NCBI GenBank assembly: GCA_051252375.1
Contig: JBPOFY010000005.1
Location: forward strand, 64,001-128,000
Reading direction: 5' to 3'
DNA length: 64,000 nucleotides
From: Opitutaceae bacterium
GTDB taxonomy: Bacteria; Verrucomicrobiota; Verrucomicrobiia; Opitutales; Coraliomargaritaceae
Shown here: piece after piece, positions 41,826 to 54,831 of the stretch
How the letters are laid out: each line of letters starts with the position of its first letter
Numbering within the stretch: the stretch's first letter is position 1
The notes under the pieces: generated by a model
What the model was told of the DNA's origin: nothing
What the model saw: only the letters and a program-made list of their open reading frames with translations
Databases searched by the model: none
Program-made: the position numbers and the translations under genes

Positions 41826-44800
41826 CTAAATCAGTTTCAGCGCTCGCTGAGTATCTTCTGCGAGGGTGTCCAAGCGCTTCTCGGATGTCTTTTGTGCGGT
41901 GCCGAGCTCTTGGGCGTAAACGGAGACTTTGAATTCTTCGAGTAGTAAGTGGTAGGGCTTTGTTGCTGAACGGGAGTGCTTCTTGGCTAGTTTTTCGAGC
42001 TCTTGTAGCTTGGCTTCGTAGGGGGCGACGCGTTTTGATTTATCGATGTCGCGTTGGATGCTTTCTTTGGTGCGTTCGGCGCGGATGCGCATGGCGCGGA
42101 GGTAGCGGGCCACGTGAGGCAATTCGTCGAACTCGTAGTCGCTGAGTAAAGTTGACGGAGCGACTCGATCCAAATGCGAGCGCATGCCGGGGTAGCTGAT
42201 GGCTTTGTTGGTTTTCTTTTGCTCGATCAGGAGGAGGACGTCTTGTCGTATTTCTAAGACTTCGCTGAGGCGCTGTATGAGTTGATGAACGATTCCTTTG
42301 CGCTCCTCGTCGGCTCTTTTGCAGACCTTTTCAAATGCTTGGGCTTTTAATGGGCGCTTGTTGTCTGATCGAAAAAGGTGTCGGCGTAAATGCAGCCAGG
42401 CGTTTTCTTTGATTGTGTCGAAACTACCAAGTGGGAGTAGTTGCGCGCCGAGCTGCTTGAGCTCTTTGAGGTCGCGGCGTATCCACGCGAGGTCGCGGCC
42501 CATTACTTTCTCGCCGAGTGCGGGCCATGCTTGCTCGGTTGCGGTGGTCGCGGCGGCCTTGTCGGCTAGCAGCCTTAAATGGACGTTGTCGCCCTCTAGG
42601 ACGAGTGCGGGGTAGGCCTTGAGTGGTAGTCCGGCATCGCCGGTTAAGTCGATCGATTCGGGGAGGTCGCCAAAGTTCCAACTGCTCAGATTTTCCTTTT
42701 CGTAGCGAGCGGTCGCGGCTTGCCATGCGGGGATGGCTTCGAGACCAGTGCCTTTGGAGACTTCTTTGGCAGTTGATTCCAGTTGTTTGCGCAGCGCATC
42801 GAGCTCGCGTCCGTTGGCGAGCACTTCACCTTTTGTATTTTCAATCTGAATACGTGGTTTCAGGTATTCCGGGATTTCAGTTTTGGACCAATCGTCTTTG
42901 AAAGTCTGTATGCCGTGGTTTTTGAGCAGTGCTTCTGCGAGCTGTTCACGCAAGGGCAGAGCGGAAGGCTTTAATTCTTTACGGATCTGGGCAGAGCGCT
43001 CTTTCAGCGGGTGCAGGCTGATGCGGATCTGCTTGGGTAGTCCGCGCAACAGGCTCTCGATTTTTTCTTCGATGTGTCCGGGCACGGCCCAGTCGAGTGT
43101 GCCTTGCTGGATCGCGCCGAGTTGTGAGACGGGCACGCGCAGGGTGACGCCATCGGTCTCGTTGCCCGGTTCATGGCGATAGAGTAAGTCCATCGTGGTG
43201 CCGCCAATCATGACTTCGCGCGGGAAGTCGTCTGCATTGTCGACCGTGTCTTCGGGTGCGATGAGGTCGTGGAGTTCCGCTTTTAGGAAGCTGAGGTCGC
43301 CGCCATGTTTTGCTTTTGCGTAACTGCGCAGCTCGGGAAAGGAGCCGACGGCTTGCAAGCGATGGCAGTAAAAATCAAAGAGCGCGTCATCGATAACGAG
43401 ACCCGATCCGAGTCGGCGGCGGGCGATTTCGGACTCTGCCTTTTCGCGAATGTCGGCGTTGTGTGTGAGGAATTTAGGGCGCTCTTTGATGCCTTCTTCG
43501 ACGAGGCCATTGCGCACGAAGATATCAGTTGCTTCTTCGGGGGCGATGGGTGTGAAGCTGACATTAGCACGGGCGATTTCTAAACCGAATAGAATCTTGC
43601 GTTGCTTGCAGAGTGTGGCGGCTGACTTGGTGCTCCAGAAAGGTTCGGAGTGGCGCACTTGCATTAGGTCGCCCGCGAGTTCTTCGATCCATTTAACTTC
43701 AACCTTTGCAGCTGTCCGCGCAAATAGGCGGCTGGTTTCCATCCATTCCCCGCAGACAATCCAGTCGGGAGCAGAGGTCTTAGCGGCTTTCGGTTTGGCT
43801 TTCTTGGCGTAGCTTGCCTTGCGCTGTTTTTTCGCGGTTTCGTGATCAAACAGTCCCGAACCGGGGAAGAGTAAGGCTTTGCGGTTTCGCGGGCCGCGAT
43901 AGTTGTGCTCCTCTTCTTTGACGGCGATGTTGCTGAGGAGGCCGGTCAATATACTACGGTGAATCGCATCATATCGCTTCTGCTCGAACGTCGAACGTTC
44001 AACGTCCAACTTTGAATTTTGAATAACTGAGGAATCTGCTTTAGACGCCTTTTTATTCACCATTGGACGTTCGACGTTGGACGTTGGACGTTCCTTAAGC
44101 TGTTGCTTCAGAATCCGCTCAAGCTGGTGGTGTATGTCGCGCCATTCGCGCATGCGTTGGAAGGAGACAAAGTGCTTCTTGCAGAACTTACGCAGCTGAC
44201 CTTGTGAGAGGCGGTCCATCTCGTCGTGATACGCATCCCAAATATTAAGTATGGTGAGAAAGTCGGATTCTTTATGGACGAAACGTTTTTGCATTTCGTC
44301 GGCTTCCTTGGCGAGCTCGGCGGGGCGTTCGCGCGGGTCTTGAATCGAAAGCCCGGAAGCAATGACCAGCACGTCTTCAAGCACGCCTTCAGTTTTTGCC
44401 TGGAGTAGCATGCGCGCGACGGTGGGGTCGACGGGTAGTTTAGCGAGTTGGCGACCGAGCTTTGTCAGACGGTAGGCGTCTTCATTATCAGTATGCTGAT
44501 CACCATACACCGCGCCGAGTTCGTCGAGCAGGCGGTAGCCGCCTTTAATCGCTGTGTCGGATGGCGGATCGAGGAAAGGGAAGGTGCGGATGTCGCCTAA
44601 TCGGAATGCGAGCATGCGCAGAATAACCGATGCTAGGTTCGAGCGATGGATCTCTGGTGTGGTGAAGCGTGGGCGTCCTAGATAGTCTTGCTCGGAATAA
44701 AGACGGTAGCAGACGCCATTGCTGACACGTCCGCAGCGTCCCTTGCGTTGTTCGGCGCTGGACTGAGCCACAGGTTCAATCGGGAGGCGTTGTGTGCGCG

Positions 44801-45749
44801 AGGTGGCACTGTAACGGCTGATGCGCGCGAGACCTGCATCGACGACGTAACGAATGCCGGGCACCGTGAGCGATGTTTCGGCGATATTGGTCGATAGAAT
44901 GATACGTCGACGTTGGCCGCTGGGGTGGAAGATGCGCTGCTGGTCGGCGTTGGCTAGGCGTCCATAGAGTGGTAGAATATCGCAACTCCGTGCGCGCGTG
45001 TCTCCAAGTTTGCGGTTTAGTTCGTGGATGTCGCGTTCACCGGGTAGGAATACGAGGACGTCGCCCGGGTGGTTGTCTCCAATGATCTCGGTGATAATTT
45101 CCGCCGCAGCCTCGATATAGGTGAGGTCGCCGGTTTCTTGCAGCATCTCTTCAATGGGGCGGTAGATGGTATCGACGGGGAACATGCGCCCCGAAACTTC
45201 GATAATGGGTGCACCGCCAAATGCTTTGGAGAATATCTCGGTATCAATCGTTGCCGAGGTGATGATGATCTTCAGGTCTTTGCGCTTCTCGGAGAGCAGG
45301 CGCAGGAAGCCGAGAATGAAATCGATGTTCAGGCTTCGTTCGTGGGCTTCGTCGATGACGATGGCTTCGTATTTCTTGAGGAGTGGGTCGTCTTGTATCT
45401 CGTTGAGCAAGATACCATCGGTCATGACTTTGATGATGGTGTCGTGGCGCGTCTGGTCGGTGAAGCGGATCTTCGCTCCGACTTCGTTGCCGTAGGTGAC
45501 GCCGAGCTCTTCGGCGATACGTTGTGCGACGGAGAGTGCGGCGACGCGGCGCGGTTGCGTGCAGCCGAGTAGACCCTTTTGACCTAGGCCCGCATCAATG
45601 AGGAACTTTGGAATTTGAGTGGTCTTGCCCGATCCGGTTTCGCCTGCGATGACGATGACTTGATTGTCCTGAATGGCGCGAATGATTTCCTCGCGCCGAG
45701 CATGGATCGGGAGTTCTTCAGAGTAAGTCGGCTGGAGGGACTGTTTCAA
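41826..45749 (-). CDS. hrpA: ATP-dependent RNA helicase HrpA
   Basis: [44 protein letters not shown]-terminal [14 protein letters not shown] (DUF3418 region); TTG start. Confidence 0.93.
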   Translation of the reverse strand: MKQSLQPTYSEELPIHARREEIIRAIQDNQVIVIAGETGSGKTTQIPKFLIDAGLGQKGLLGCTQPRRVAALSVAQRIAEELGVTYGNEVGAKIRFTDQTRHDTIIKVMTDGILLNEIQDDPLLKKYEAIVIDEAHERSLNIDFILGFLRLLSEKRKDLKIIITSATIDTEIFSKAFGGAPIIEVSGRMFPVDTIYRPIEEMLQETGDLTYIEAAAEIITEIIGDNHPGDVLVFLPGERDIHELNRKLGDTRARSCDILPLYGRLANADQQRIFHPSGQRRRIILSTNIAETSLTVPGIRYVVDAGLARISRYSATSRTQRLPIEPVAQSSAEQRKGRCGRVSNGVCYRLYSEQDYLGRPRFTTPEIHRSNLASVILRMLAFRLGDIRTFPFLDPPSDTAIKGGYRLLDELGAVYGDQHTDNEDAYRLTKLGRQLAKLPVDPTVARMLLQAKTEGVLEDVLVIASGLSIQDPRERPAELAKEADEMQKRFVHKESDFLTILNIWDAYHDEMDRLSQGQLRKFCKKHFVSFQRMREWRDIHHQLERILKQQLKERPTSNVERPMVNKKASKADSSVIQNSKLDVERSTFEQKRYDAIHRSILTGLLSNIAVKEEEHNYRGPRNRKALLFPGSGLFDHETAKKQRKASYAKKAKPKAAKTSAPDWIVCGEWMETSRLFARTAAKVEVKWIEELAGDLMQVRHSEPFWSTKSAATLCKQRKILFGLEIARANVSFTPIAPEEATDIFVRNGLVEEGIKERPKFLTHNADIREKAESEIARRRLGSGLVIDDALFDFYCHRLQAVGSFPELRSYAKAKHGGDLSFLKAELHDLIAPEDTVDNADDFPREVMIGGTTMDLLYRHEPGNETDGVTLRVPVSQLGAIQQGTLDWAVPGHIEEKIESLLRGLPKQIRISLHPLKERSAQIRKELKPSALPLREQLAEALLKNHGIQTFKDDWSKTEIPEYLKPRIQIENTKGEVLANGRELDALRKQLESTAKEVSKGTGLEAIPAWQAATARYEKENLSSWNFGDLPESIDLTGDAGLPLKAYPALVLEGDNVHLRLLADKAAATTATEQAWPALGEKVMGRDLAWIRRDLKELKQLGAQLLPLGSFDTIKENAWLHLRRHLFRSDNKRPLKAQAFEKVCKRADEERKGIVHQLIQRLSEVLEIRQDVLLLIEQKKTNKAISYPGMRSHLDRVAPSTLLSDYEFDELPHVARYLRAMRIRAERTKESIQRDIDKSKRVAPYEAKLQELEKLAKKHSRSATKPYHLLLEEFKVSVYAQELGTAQKTSEKRLDTLAEDTQRALKLI

Positions 45750-45767
45750 AGTCGGTGACCAGTGGGC

Positions 45768-46739
45768 TTACGCGTCGTCGTGCCTGAAAGACCAGATGTT
45801 GTGCCGCCCATAGGGTTTAATATGCGCGACGGCTTCGTCCTTCTTCAAACTTAGGGGGATGTTGGGCACCGAGCGGTCGACATAGACCTGATCACCTGGG
45901 CAGACGCCACAGAGACGGCTCGCAATGTTGATCGGTCGGCCGATGTAGTCGTTGCCGACTTCGAGGTGACTGGCGAGACCGAAGCAAATGCCGGCTCCGA
46001 TCCCTTCGGGGGCTCCGTGAGTGAAGTGAGGCGAGTCTTTGACCATCGCCCAGCGGTGACGTAAATCTAGGGCGGCCTGAAGTGCGATGTTGACGGCAAT
46101 TTCGCGGTCGGCAGGGCTGGTTTCCCAAATCGCGAGCACACCGTCGCCGAGGAACTTAGTCATCTCGGGCGGGAAGCGCTGGAGCGAGCGATTGACCATA
46201 TTATAAAATGCAGACATGAGACCGCAGGTGTAGGGCGATTCGATGTCGGGTTGCTCGCAAAATAAACTGAAGCCGCGGATGTCGATGACGAGCGCGAGCA
46301 CTTCGCAGGGTTTACCGAATTCGACTTCGGGCTCGAAGCTTTCGATAAAGGGGTAGGTGGTGTAAATCTCCTCCTCGAATTGGTAGTAGCTTGGCTTGCC
46401 AATGGAGTCGCTGTAAAAGCTCAGACCTTTGAGGTAGCGGTCGTATGTGTTTGGGCGGTATTGGAGTTCGGAGACGCCGTAGCCTTCAGTGTATTGCGTG
46501 CGGCTGGTGTAGAACCGAGCGGAGAACTTTCGGATGCGGTCTTCTTTACCTTCCAGCTTTTTGAGGACCTTGGAAACCTCCGGTTCGTCGAGAACCAGAA
46601 AGGAGTCGTGGCCGTCCACAGTGAAATAAACATGACGATACTCCGGATGCACTGTTTGGAAACGGCTACAGATATCCCAGAAATCTCGAAAACTGAGATC
46701 GGGGATGGGATAGTGTCGTCGTATAATTGTGGAGGACAT
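45768..46739 (-). CDS. class III adenylate/guanylate cyclase domain protein
   Basis: DIRGFS, KFLGDG, DYIG.PINIASRL; soluble N-terminal domain not recognised. Confidence 0.82.
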   Translation of the reverse strand: MSSTIIRRHYPIPDLSFRDFWDICSRFQTVHPEYRHVYFTVDGHDSFLVLDEPEVSKVLKKLEGKEDRIRKFSARFYTSRTQYTEGYGVSELQYRPNTYDRYLKGLSFYSDSIGKPSYYQFEEEIYTTYPFIESFEPEVEFGKPCEVLALVIDIRGFSLFCEQPDIESPYTCGLMSAFYNMVNRSLQRFPPEMTKFLGDGVLAIWETSPADREIAVNIALQAALDLRHRWAMVKDSPHFTHGAPEGIGAGICFGLASHLEVGNDYIGRPINIASRLCGVCPGDQVYVDRSVPNIPLSLKKDEAVAHIKPYGRHNIWSFRHDDA

Positions 46740-46887
46740 TTCTGCTAGGAAGTGAGTAGCTAGAAGTGAGAAGTCAGATGACTACTGAATCAAGCTATTA
46801 TACGTTGCGGAGGGTTGCAGTGAAATAATGAAAAGTAACGTGTCATGTCGGGAATCTCGGAGGGATGGGTGGAACGACTGAAGATGA

Positions 46888-46997
46888 ACACGGCAGAGAC
46901 TGCCGTGGCTACAGTTTGGTTGAGGGTGTAGCCACGTCACTCTGTGACGTGTCCTGTGTGGAGTTTCCGTCGCTGAAGAAACACGGCAGGAGACTGC
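46888..46997. repeat. GTAG-REP cluster (TGTAGCCACG family)
   Basis: 46888-46913, 46927-46952 and a partial copy at 46981. Confidence 0.85.
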
Positions 46998-47018
46998 ACA
47001 CGTATTTTACCTAGACAC

Positions 47019-47046
47019 AAAAAAGCCCCGGGCTGGCCGGGGCTTT
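47019..47046 (-). terminator. terminator of rpmB
   Basis: aaaaaaGCCCCGG-gctgg-CCGGGGC-ttt. Confidence 0.8.
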
Positions 47047-47072
47047 AAAGAAATTCTGTGTGCGTTCGTGAA

Positions 47073-47303
<231 letters not shown>

Positions 47304-47381
47304 GGGAGTTCCTTATTTTGAAATTAAAGGACGGGAAAGTAGGGTGCAGAGGCACACTAGCAAGCGTTTTCTTCGAAAAAA

Positions 47382-48380
47382 TCACCCTTTGCGAATTCCC
47401 CATAATACCTGAAAACGACGTCCCATATGGGCAGGGTGGATGAGTTCCATCAGCGTTTGACGCCCATGACTAAAGGATCCAGCGCTTTGTTCGACGATTT
47501 CGGCGGCGGCTCGTTGGGCGCGTTGGACGAGGAAAGATTCTTGGCTTTCGAAGGTGGTGGGGGCGAAATTTGCCTTTTTGAGCGCTTCGATCAGCGGATC
47601 CCAGCAAATATCGCAGGTGATGTCGATTTCGCCGGGTTGGTCCAAAAGGTTGTTTCCTTGGGTGTGCTTTGAGAAGGTGCGGGCGGTGCCGGATGGGCAG
47701 GCTTGGAGCAGCGCGGGCCAGCTTTTGCCGTAGTCAAAGAGCATCAGCATACCGGTCCAGTCTTGGTCTAATAGGCTCGCAAGGGCTGTTTCGGTCTCTA
47801 ACGGCAGGTCCAGCTCGTAACCGTCTTCGATGGTTTCGGGTAGGCGTTCGGCGATGGCTTCGACCGGCGCGCTTAGGTTTTCGAGTAAAATTTCCTCTAA
47901 CTGCCCCTCCGCAGTCATGCTGACTCCGCGTTCGCGCCAAGTGCCGTCGCGAAAGATCAAGCGGTGGAAGGGGAGCGCATCCAGCCATTCGTTGGCAAAC
48001 AGCACGACGGGGCCATCGGCACAAATCGGGTCGCCTTGGCGGATGACCTTGGAGTCGGCAAAAGGGTGTGTTTCGAGGTGGCTGAGCAATTCGGCTCCCG
48101 GCTCGGCGGCGATTTCGATGAAGGTGCTTTGTGCTGCCATGCCTTCGGGCAGCGTGTCCTCTGCTGCCGTCACGACCATTTTGGCAAATACCGCGCCGAG
48201 GCTTTCTGCTGTATAGAAGTCACGCTCTGGCGTGCGCCCGACGCGTTCTTTAGGTCGTGTGTAGTAGCCGCAATTTTCCGCGTAGAGTGCCAGATTGATA
48301 TATTCGCAGTAGTTGATCGGCCCGTTGGCACAGGCGGCCTGTAGTATTTCCTGCAACTGTTTCGTTTCCTCGCCCATCAT
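47382..48380 (-). CDS. SAM-dependent methyltransferase, MidA/NDUFAF7 family
   Basis: ALY....GYY, DFYTA, ANEWLDALP, DYG, PGEIDIT, HP.HMG.RFQVL. Confidence 0.85.
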   Translation of the reverse strand: MMGEETKQLQEILQAACANGPINYCEYINLALYAENCGYYTRPKERVGRTPERDFYTAESLGAVFAKMVVTAAEDTLPEGMAAQSTFIEIAAEPGAELLSHLETHPFADSKVIRQGDPICADGPVVLFANEWLDALPFHRLIFRDGTWRERGVSMTAEGQLEEILLENLSAPVEAIAERLPETIEDGYELDLPLETETALASLLDQDWTGMLMLFDYGKSWPALLQACPSGTARTFSKHTQGNNLLDQPGEIDITCDICWDPLIEALKKANFAPTTFESQESFLVQRAQRAAAEIVEQSAGSFSHGRQTLMELIHPAHMGRRFQVLWGIRKG

Positions 48381-48417
48381 TATTTACAAATGCCAAGAAG
48401 GTGCACACAGTGCCCCG

Positions 48418-49664
48418 ATGGACAAGCGCTATGTTAAGTGGCTGATACCAGTCGCACTGCTTTCAATCCTCGCTGCACAATTTTGGGCGAGACCGGAACT
48501 GCGTGCCTTGTTGTCAGCAGATTATTGGCAGAGCCTGTTTCGCTATGGGAAAGTCATGCGCTTGGTGGAGTCGGAGTATGTGCATGCCGACGAGGTCGAG
48601 TTTGAGCATTTGACCGATATTGCACTACGTGAAGCGGTCCGTTCGTTGGATGATTATTCCGACTACATGATCGCCGAAGATTACGAGGCCTTCAACATGG
48701 CTGCCAATCAAGAGTATGTCGGTGTGGGGATTGAGATCAGTGAGTTCTCCGGTCGCGTCATCATCGCCAATGTATTTGAGCAAGGCTCGGCAGGCGGTGC
48801 CGGTATAATCGCGGGTGATATAATTGTCGGCATCGATGAGGTCGACACGCACGAGGAGTCGCTCGCTGAAGTGGTGACTCGTATTCGTGGAGAGCCTGGC
48901 ACGATGGTAAATATACAAGTCGAGCGACCCATCACGCATGAGCAACTCAGTTTCGAGCTCGAACGTAAGGCGATTGCACTCGATTCGGTGGTTGAACTTG
49001 AAATGAAAACCGAAGAAGTGGGTTATTTTCAGGTCCGTCAGTTTATTGATGCCACAGACGTCGAGATGATCGATGCAATCAAAGCACTGAGTGCGCAAGG
49101 CATGCGCGGCTTGATCATTGATCTACGCGGTAATCCCGGTGGTCGATTAGATACTGCGGCGCGAATGGCAGAGGTCTTTTTGGAAAAGGGGCAGACGATT
49201 CTCACGGTGCAATCGCGTCGTGGAGTAGAGGAGGTCTTTCAATCGCGTGGTGCGAAGCAAGCCTATCGCGGTCCAGTTGTCATTCTCATTGACGGCAACA
49301 GTGCCAGTGCCTCCGAGATTTTGGCAGGTGCGATGCGCGACCATGGACGGGCTTTGCTCGTCGGTCAGAAGTCTTATGGTAAAGGATCGGTGCAATCGGT
49401 GATTGGTTTCCCCGGAGGTGATGGACTGAAGCTCACCAGTGCCCGTTATTTATTACCGAGTGGAGAAGCTATTAACGGAACTGGCGTGTATCCCGATATC
49501 ACGGTCGAAAGCACTCCCGAACATCAAGTGGTATTGATGCTGCAAAAGCACCATTTACGTTCGCATACGTCCGAAGACTTTACCCGAATCTTTGGCTTTG
49601 CGCCGGTTCAGGATGAGGCACTTCAAGTTGCCACCGACACACTCGAAACCATGCTATTGAAGCT

Positions 49665-49668
<4 letters not shown>
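48418..49668 (+). CDS. ctpA: C-terminal processing peptidase, S41 family
   Basis: PDZ (GVGIEI, IRGEPGT), DLRGNPGG, SASASEI, GKGSVQ; ATGA overlap with tsaD. Confidence 0.9.
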
Positions 49669-50687
<1,019 letters not shown>

Positions 50688-50702
50688 TTGTTGATCTTAG
50701 AA

Positions 50703-51692
50703 TCACTCCGGCAAGACTGGTGCTTGGATGTATTCCTCGGGAAGTGGACCAGTTAAAGACTTAAGGAAGGCTTGGAGGGTCATCGTGTTTTCGGCGTCTA
50801 TATAGTGTCCGCGTTCGTAGATCGCCATGCGCTGGATGGCGTCGCGGACATTCTTTGAAGAGTTGTCGTGAAAGTAGGGTGCGGTCTTCTCGACATTTCG
50901 TAGTGGCGAAACACGGAAGAACATTTTGTGCGCCGAGTTATGAGTCAGCTCGTAGTAGCCTAAGTCCTTTTGGTTGGGCCATGGTTGAATGATGCCGACC
51001 TTTTGTAGCATTTGCCCTCCGAAATTGGTGCCGGTGTGGCAGGTGTAACAGGCATGCTCGGTGAATAGATGACCGCCTTGTATTTGCTCTGCAGTGAGTG
51101 CGGTATCATCGCCCGCCATGAAGTGATCGATGGGCGCTTTGGTGACTAGGCCGGAGATGAATGCTTCGAGTGCCTCGACGATGTTTGGATAAGTGATGGT
51201 TTCGTCGCTTTCACCATAGGCTTCTGTAAAGAGTGCTTGGTAGTTTTCGACGGACTGGATGCGTTCCACGAGTTCGGCAGTGCTCGTGTTTTGCATTTCA
51301 TTCGGACTGCGGATGGCATCGCGGATTTTTTCCTTCAAGGTTTTACTTGAGCCGTCCCAATCAAATAACTCCAACGATCCGATGTTGTATATGCTCGGCA
51401 CATCACGACCGCTGTAACCTACTTCGAGTTGTTGACGATATTTTGTGCCATTGGTGCCGTAGGCTTGTAGGTCGTGACAGCTGTTGCATGAGGTCGTGCT
51501 GTCAGTTGATAGCCTTGGGTCATGATACAGTTTTCGTCCTAGCTCAACTTTCGCGGAGGCTTCTATGTTTTGTTCGATGGGGCGATAGGACGGTTGCAAC
51601 AAGCGCCGCAAGTTTTTCGCGTCTGGCGTGTTCCCGAAGGCAGTGAATGCAAACAGTATCAAACAAATTGGGGTAGTGAATGAGGGGCGCAT
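50703..51692 (-). CDS. di-haem cytochrome c peroxidase (CCP/MauG family)
   Basis: Signal peptide; LG.KLY.DPRLS; CNSCH and CYTCH haem motifs; WDG; F.V..LRNV.KTAPYFH. Confidence 0.88.
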   Translation of the reverse strand: MRPSFTTPICLILFAFTAFGNTPDAKNLRRLLQPSYRPIEQNIEASAKVELGRKLYHDPRLSTDSTTSCNSCHDLQAYGTNGTKYRQQLEVGYSGRDVPSIYNIGSLELFDWDGSSKTLKEKIRDAIRSPNEMQNTSTAELVERIQSVENYQALFTEAYGESDETITYPNIVEALEAFISGLVTKAPIDHFMAGDDTALTAEQIQGGHLFTEHACYTCHTGTNFGGQMLQKVGIIQPWPNQKDLGYYELTHNSAHKMFFRVSPLRNVEKTAPYFHDNSSKNVRDAIQRMAIYERGHYIDAENTMTLQAFLKSLTGPLPEEYIQAPVLPE

Positions 51693-51824
51693 GTGGCTAC
51701 TGCATTTTATGATGGGTGAGGCGTAAAGATTTTTGCCTGCGAATCTTGTGGATATTCGTGAATCTAATTTTGTGCATCTTCGTATGATCCTAAATTCGGC
51801 AGTTGGCATTGGCTCTGATTCTTA

Positions 51825-51976
51825 AACCGTTAATGGACGTTAATTAACGTGAATCTGATTTACTGCCAAAATTGCGAATGGGCTTGGGCTCGATTCCTCG
51901 TAGAGATGTCACTCAACTATTTAAACACTATATATTAGGACCTCTGATTAACGTGCATTAACGTTTATTAACGGTT
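51825..51976. repeat. 31-bp imperfect inverted repeats, each three 10-bp units (..ACGTTAAT)
   Basis: aaccgttaatggacgttaattaacgtgaatc (51825-51855) vs reverse complement of 51946-51976, aaccgttaataaacgttaatgcacgttaatc. Confidence 0.8.
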
Positions 51977-52210
51977 CAACTCATTTTTTTAGGATGATGT
52001 GGTTAGAGGAGTTCGGTTCTTTGGCAGAATAATTTAGAGCAGAACAATTTTTTGAATAGGTTTCGCTGAGAGAAATCCATTAGCGGACTCATTGCGTTTT
52101 GTTTGTTTCGCGGTTCACATTTCCGGTTTAGCCTGCAATTCTTGCAATTGTCCGCTTGCCTTTGCCTTCACTTTTACTAATACTGGTTCGTTTTAACATT
52201 AGAAACTAAT

Positions 52211-53899
52211 ATGTCCAAGCCAATCCCTCCATTTCACTTTCAAAAGCAATTTCCGCTCGGTGCGGATCGCACGGAATACCGTCTCCTGACCAATGAGTTT
52301 GTGGAGACTGTCGATTTTAACGGAGAAACCATGTTGAAGGTGGATCCTGCTGCTTTGACCTATTTGGCAGAGACGGCGACGCGTGAGATTTCTTTTAAGC
52401 TACGCACGGAGCACTTGGAAAAAGTGGCGGCGATCTTGGATGATCCCGAAGCGACGGAAAATGACCACACGATTGCGTTGACCATGCTGCGTAATGCCGA
52501 GGTCGCGGCCCATGGGGTGCTACCATTTTGTCAGGATACCGGCACTGCGATTATTCTCGGTAAAAAAGGCCAGCGTGTTTGGACCGGTGGCGGTGACGAA
52601 GCAGCGCTTTCTCAAGGTGTTTATAATACCTACACGAAGGAGAATCTGCGCTATTCGCAGACTGTGCCGCTCTCCATGTATGAAGAGAAGAACACCGGCA
52701 CGAACTTGCCCGCGCAAATCGATATTTTGGCGACCGACAGTGCCAGCTATGATTTCCTCTTCGTCGCGAAGGGTGGGGGTTCGGCGAATAAGACTTTCCT
52801 CTTTCAAGAAACCAAAGCGTTGTTGAATCCTGCGAACTTGGAAAAGTTTTGTATCGAAAAAATGGGCACGCTGGGCACTTCTGCCTGCCCGCCGTATCAC
52901 ATTGCGATCGTGATTGGCGGCACCTCAGCGGAGACCACGATGAAGACGGTCAAATTGGCATCGACGAAATACTACGATGAATTGCCGACTGAGGGCAATG
53001 AGCACGGGCAAGCTTTCCGCGACTTAGCGCTCGAGCAAAAGCTACTCAATTTTACTCGAAAAATGGGTTACGGTGCGCAGTTTGGTGGTAAATATTTTGC
53101 CCTCGATGTGCGTGTGATTCGTTTGCCACGTCATGGTGCTTCTTGCCCTGTCGGCATCGGCGTATCGTGCTCCGCTGACCGTAATGCGAAGGCGCGGATC
53201 GATAAAGACGGCGTGTGGTTGGAGAAACTGGAAGAGAACCCAGGTCGCTTCATCCCTGCGGTGACCGGTGAAGAGAAGCCGGACGAATCGATTAAAATCG
53301 ACCTTAACCGTCCAATGGCTGACATCCTTGCTGAGCTCAGTGAGTATCCGGTGACGACACCACTTTCGCTTAGCGGCACGATTGTGGTCGCTCGCGATAT
53401 GGCCCATGCGAAGATTCAAGAGCGCTTGGATCGTGGCGAAGGCATGCCGGACTACATGAAGAATCACCCCGTCTATTACGCGGGCCCGGCTAAGACACCT
53501 GCGGGTAAGCCTTCCGGCTCCTTTGGACCGACGACGGCGGGTCGGATGGATTCCTATGTTGGACCGTTCCAAGCCGAAGGTGGCTCGATGATCATGCTTG
53601 CGAAGGGCAATCGCTCACAGCAAGTGACGGATGCTTGTCAGAAATACGGTGGTTTTTATCTCGGTTCGATCGGCGGTCCCGCTGCGTTGTTGGCCGAGCA
53701 TAATATCAAGAATGTTGAAGTCTTGGAGTATCCCGAGCTTGGCATGGAAGCTATCTGGAAGATCGAGGTAGAGAACTTTCCCGCTTACATTTTGGTCGAC
53801 GATAAGGGCAATGATTTCTTCGCCGGTATTCGTGAGACTTGTTCCAAGTGTGCGGTGCAAGCCTTTGAAACCGCAAAGGCTGACGCGGCGAAGGGGTAG
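52211..53899 (+). CDS. fumA: class I (Fe-S) fumarate hydratase
   Basis: [42 protein letters not shown]. Confidence 0.95.
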   Translation: MSKPIPPFHFQKQFPLGADRTEYRLLTNEFVETVDFNGETMLKVDPAALTYLAETATREISFKLRTEHLEKVAAILDDPEATENDHTIALTMLRNAEVAAHGVLPFCQDTGTAIILGKKGQRVWTGGGDEAALSQGVYNTYTKENLRYSQTVPLSMYEEKNTGTNLPAQIDILATDSASYDFLFVAKGGGSANKTFLFQETKALLNPANLEKFCIEKMGTLGTSACPPYHIAIVIGGTSAETTMKTVKLASTKYYDELPTEGNEHGQAFRDLALEQKLLNFTRKMGYGAQFGGKYFALDVRVIRLPRHGASCPVGIGVSCSADRNAKARIDKDGVWLEKLEENPGRFIPAVTGEEKPDESIKIDLNRPMADILAELSEYPVTTPLSLSGTIVVARDMAHAKIQERLDRGEGMPDYMKNHPVYYAGPAKTPAGKPSGSFGPTTAGRMDSYVGPFQAEGGSMIMLAKGNRSQQVTDACQKYGGFYLGSIGGPAALLAEHNIKNVEVLEYPELGMEAIWKIEVENFPAYILVDDKGNDFFAGIRETCSKCAVQAFETAKADAAKG

Positions 53900-53945
53900 A
53901 TGATTTTTCGGGGCTGATGCATGCGGCGATCGAGATCGTCGTTAC

Positions 53946-54156
53946 AGAAAACACGGCAGAGACTGCCGTGGCTACACTTTGATTTGTGATGTAGCCACGT
54001 CACTCAGTGACGTGTCCTGGGTCCATAATCGTTTCTATGGGAGAGTCTTCGTTCATCTAATTCATGCTGCTTACGATCGTTGCTGAAGAAAACACGGCAG
54101 AGACTGCCGTGGCTACACTTTGATTTGTGATGTAGCCACGTCACTCAGTGACGTGT
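53946..54156. repeat. 70-bp exact direct repeat, each copy a GTAG-REP doublet (BIME-like)
   Basis: 53946-54015 = 54087-54156. Confidence 0.92.
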
Positions 54157-54233
54157 TCTGTGCGCGGTCTCTTTGGCTCAGAATTTGGAAAGTATGATGT
54201 GATTCCTGTCTTCAGTTGTGCTACGGTCTTGGC

Positions 54234-54818
54234 ATGTCGAAGAACTGGAACGCTGCTTACAAAAATGATGATATCCCTTGGGACAAAGGGGTGGCTGCAC
54301 CGCCATTGGCTGAGTTTTTAGAAACGCATTCGATTGCTGGGCGCGTGCTTGTGCCGGGTTGCGGATTGGGACATGACGTGCGCTTGTTGGCATCGCAGGG
54401 TGCTTCGGCGCTGGGTTTGGATATTGCCCCGAGTGCGGTGCGTAAGGCGCAGACGATTCCTGCCGTTGCGGATGAAGGCTTTGTTGCTGGTGATTTTCTG
54501 GATCTCTCAACCGAATGGGAGGGGCAGTTTGATTGGGTGGTTGAGCATACTTGTCTGTGTGCCTTGGAACTGGATCAACGCGAAGACTATGCTGCTTCGG
54601 TTGCGAAGGCACTCAAGCCGGGAGGCAATTACTTGGCGGTCTTTTATCGTGAAGTTGCGGATTACGAAGGCGATGGTCCGCCACATCCGATTTTATCCGA
54701 AGCGATTGATGCTTTGTTCGGCGCTCACTTTGAGCGGGTCGAATCCTTTGTGCCTAGCGAGAGTTATCCGAGTCGCCCGCATGGCTGCGAGGAAGTGGTC
54801 TGGTTCCGTAAGCGTTGA
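54234..54818 (+). CDS. TPMT/thiol methyltransferase-family SAM methyltransferase
   Basis: W...Y....IPWD.G..APPL, LVPGCG.GHD, GDF, EHTCLCAL, GPP. Confidence 0.85.
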   Translation: MSKNWNAAYKNDDIPWDKGVAAPPLAEFLETHSIAGRVLVPGCGLGHDVRLLASQGASALGLDIAPSAVRKAQTIPAVADEGFVAGDFLDLSTEWEGQFDWVVEHTCLCALELDQREDYAASVAKALKPGGNYLAVFYREVADYEGDGPPHPILSEAIDALFGAHFERVESFVPSESYPSRPHGCEEVVWFRKR

Positions 54819-54831
54819 GCAGTGCTTCATT

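Noticed and set aside
53946..54156. CRISPR array
   Set aside because: Only two 70-bp units made of REP palindromes that are dispersed elsewhere; no repeat-spacer periodicity and no cas genes.
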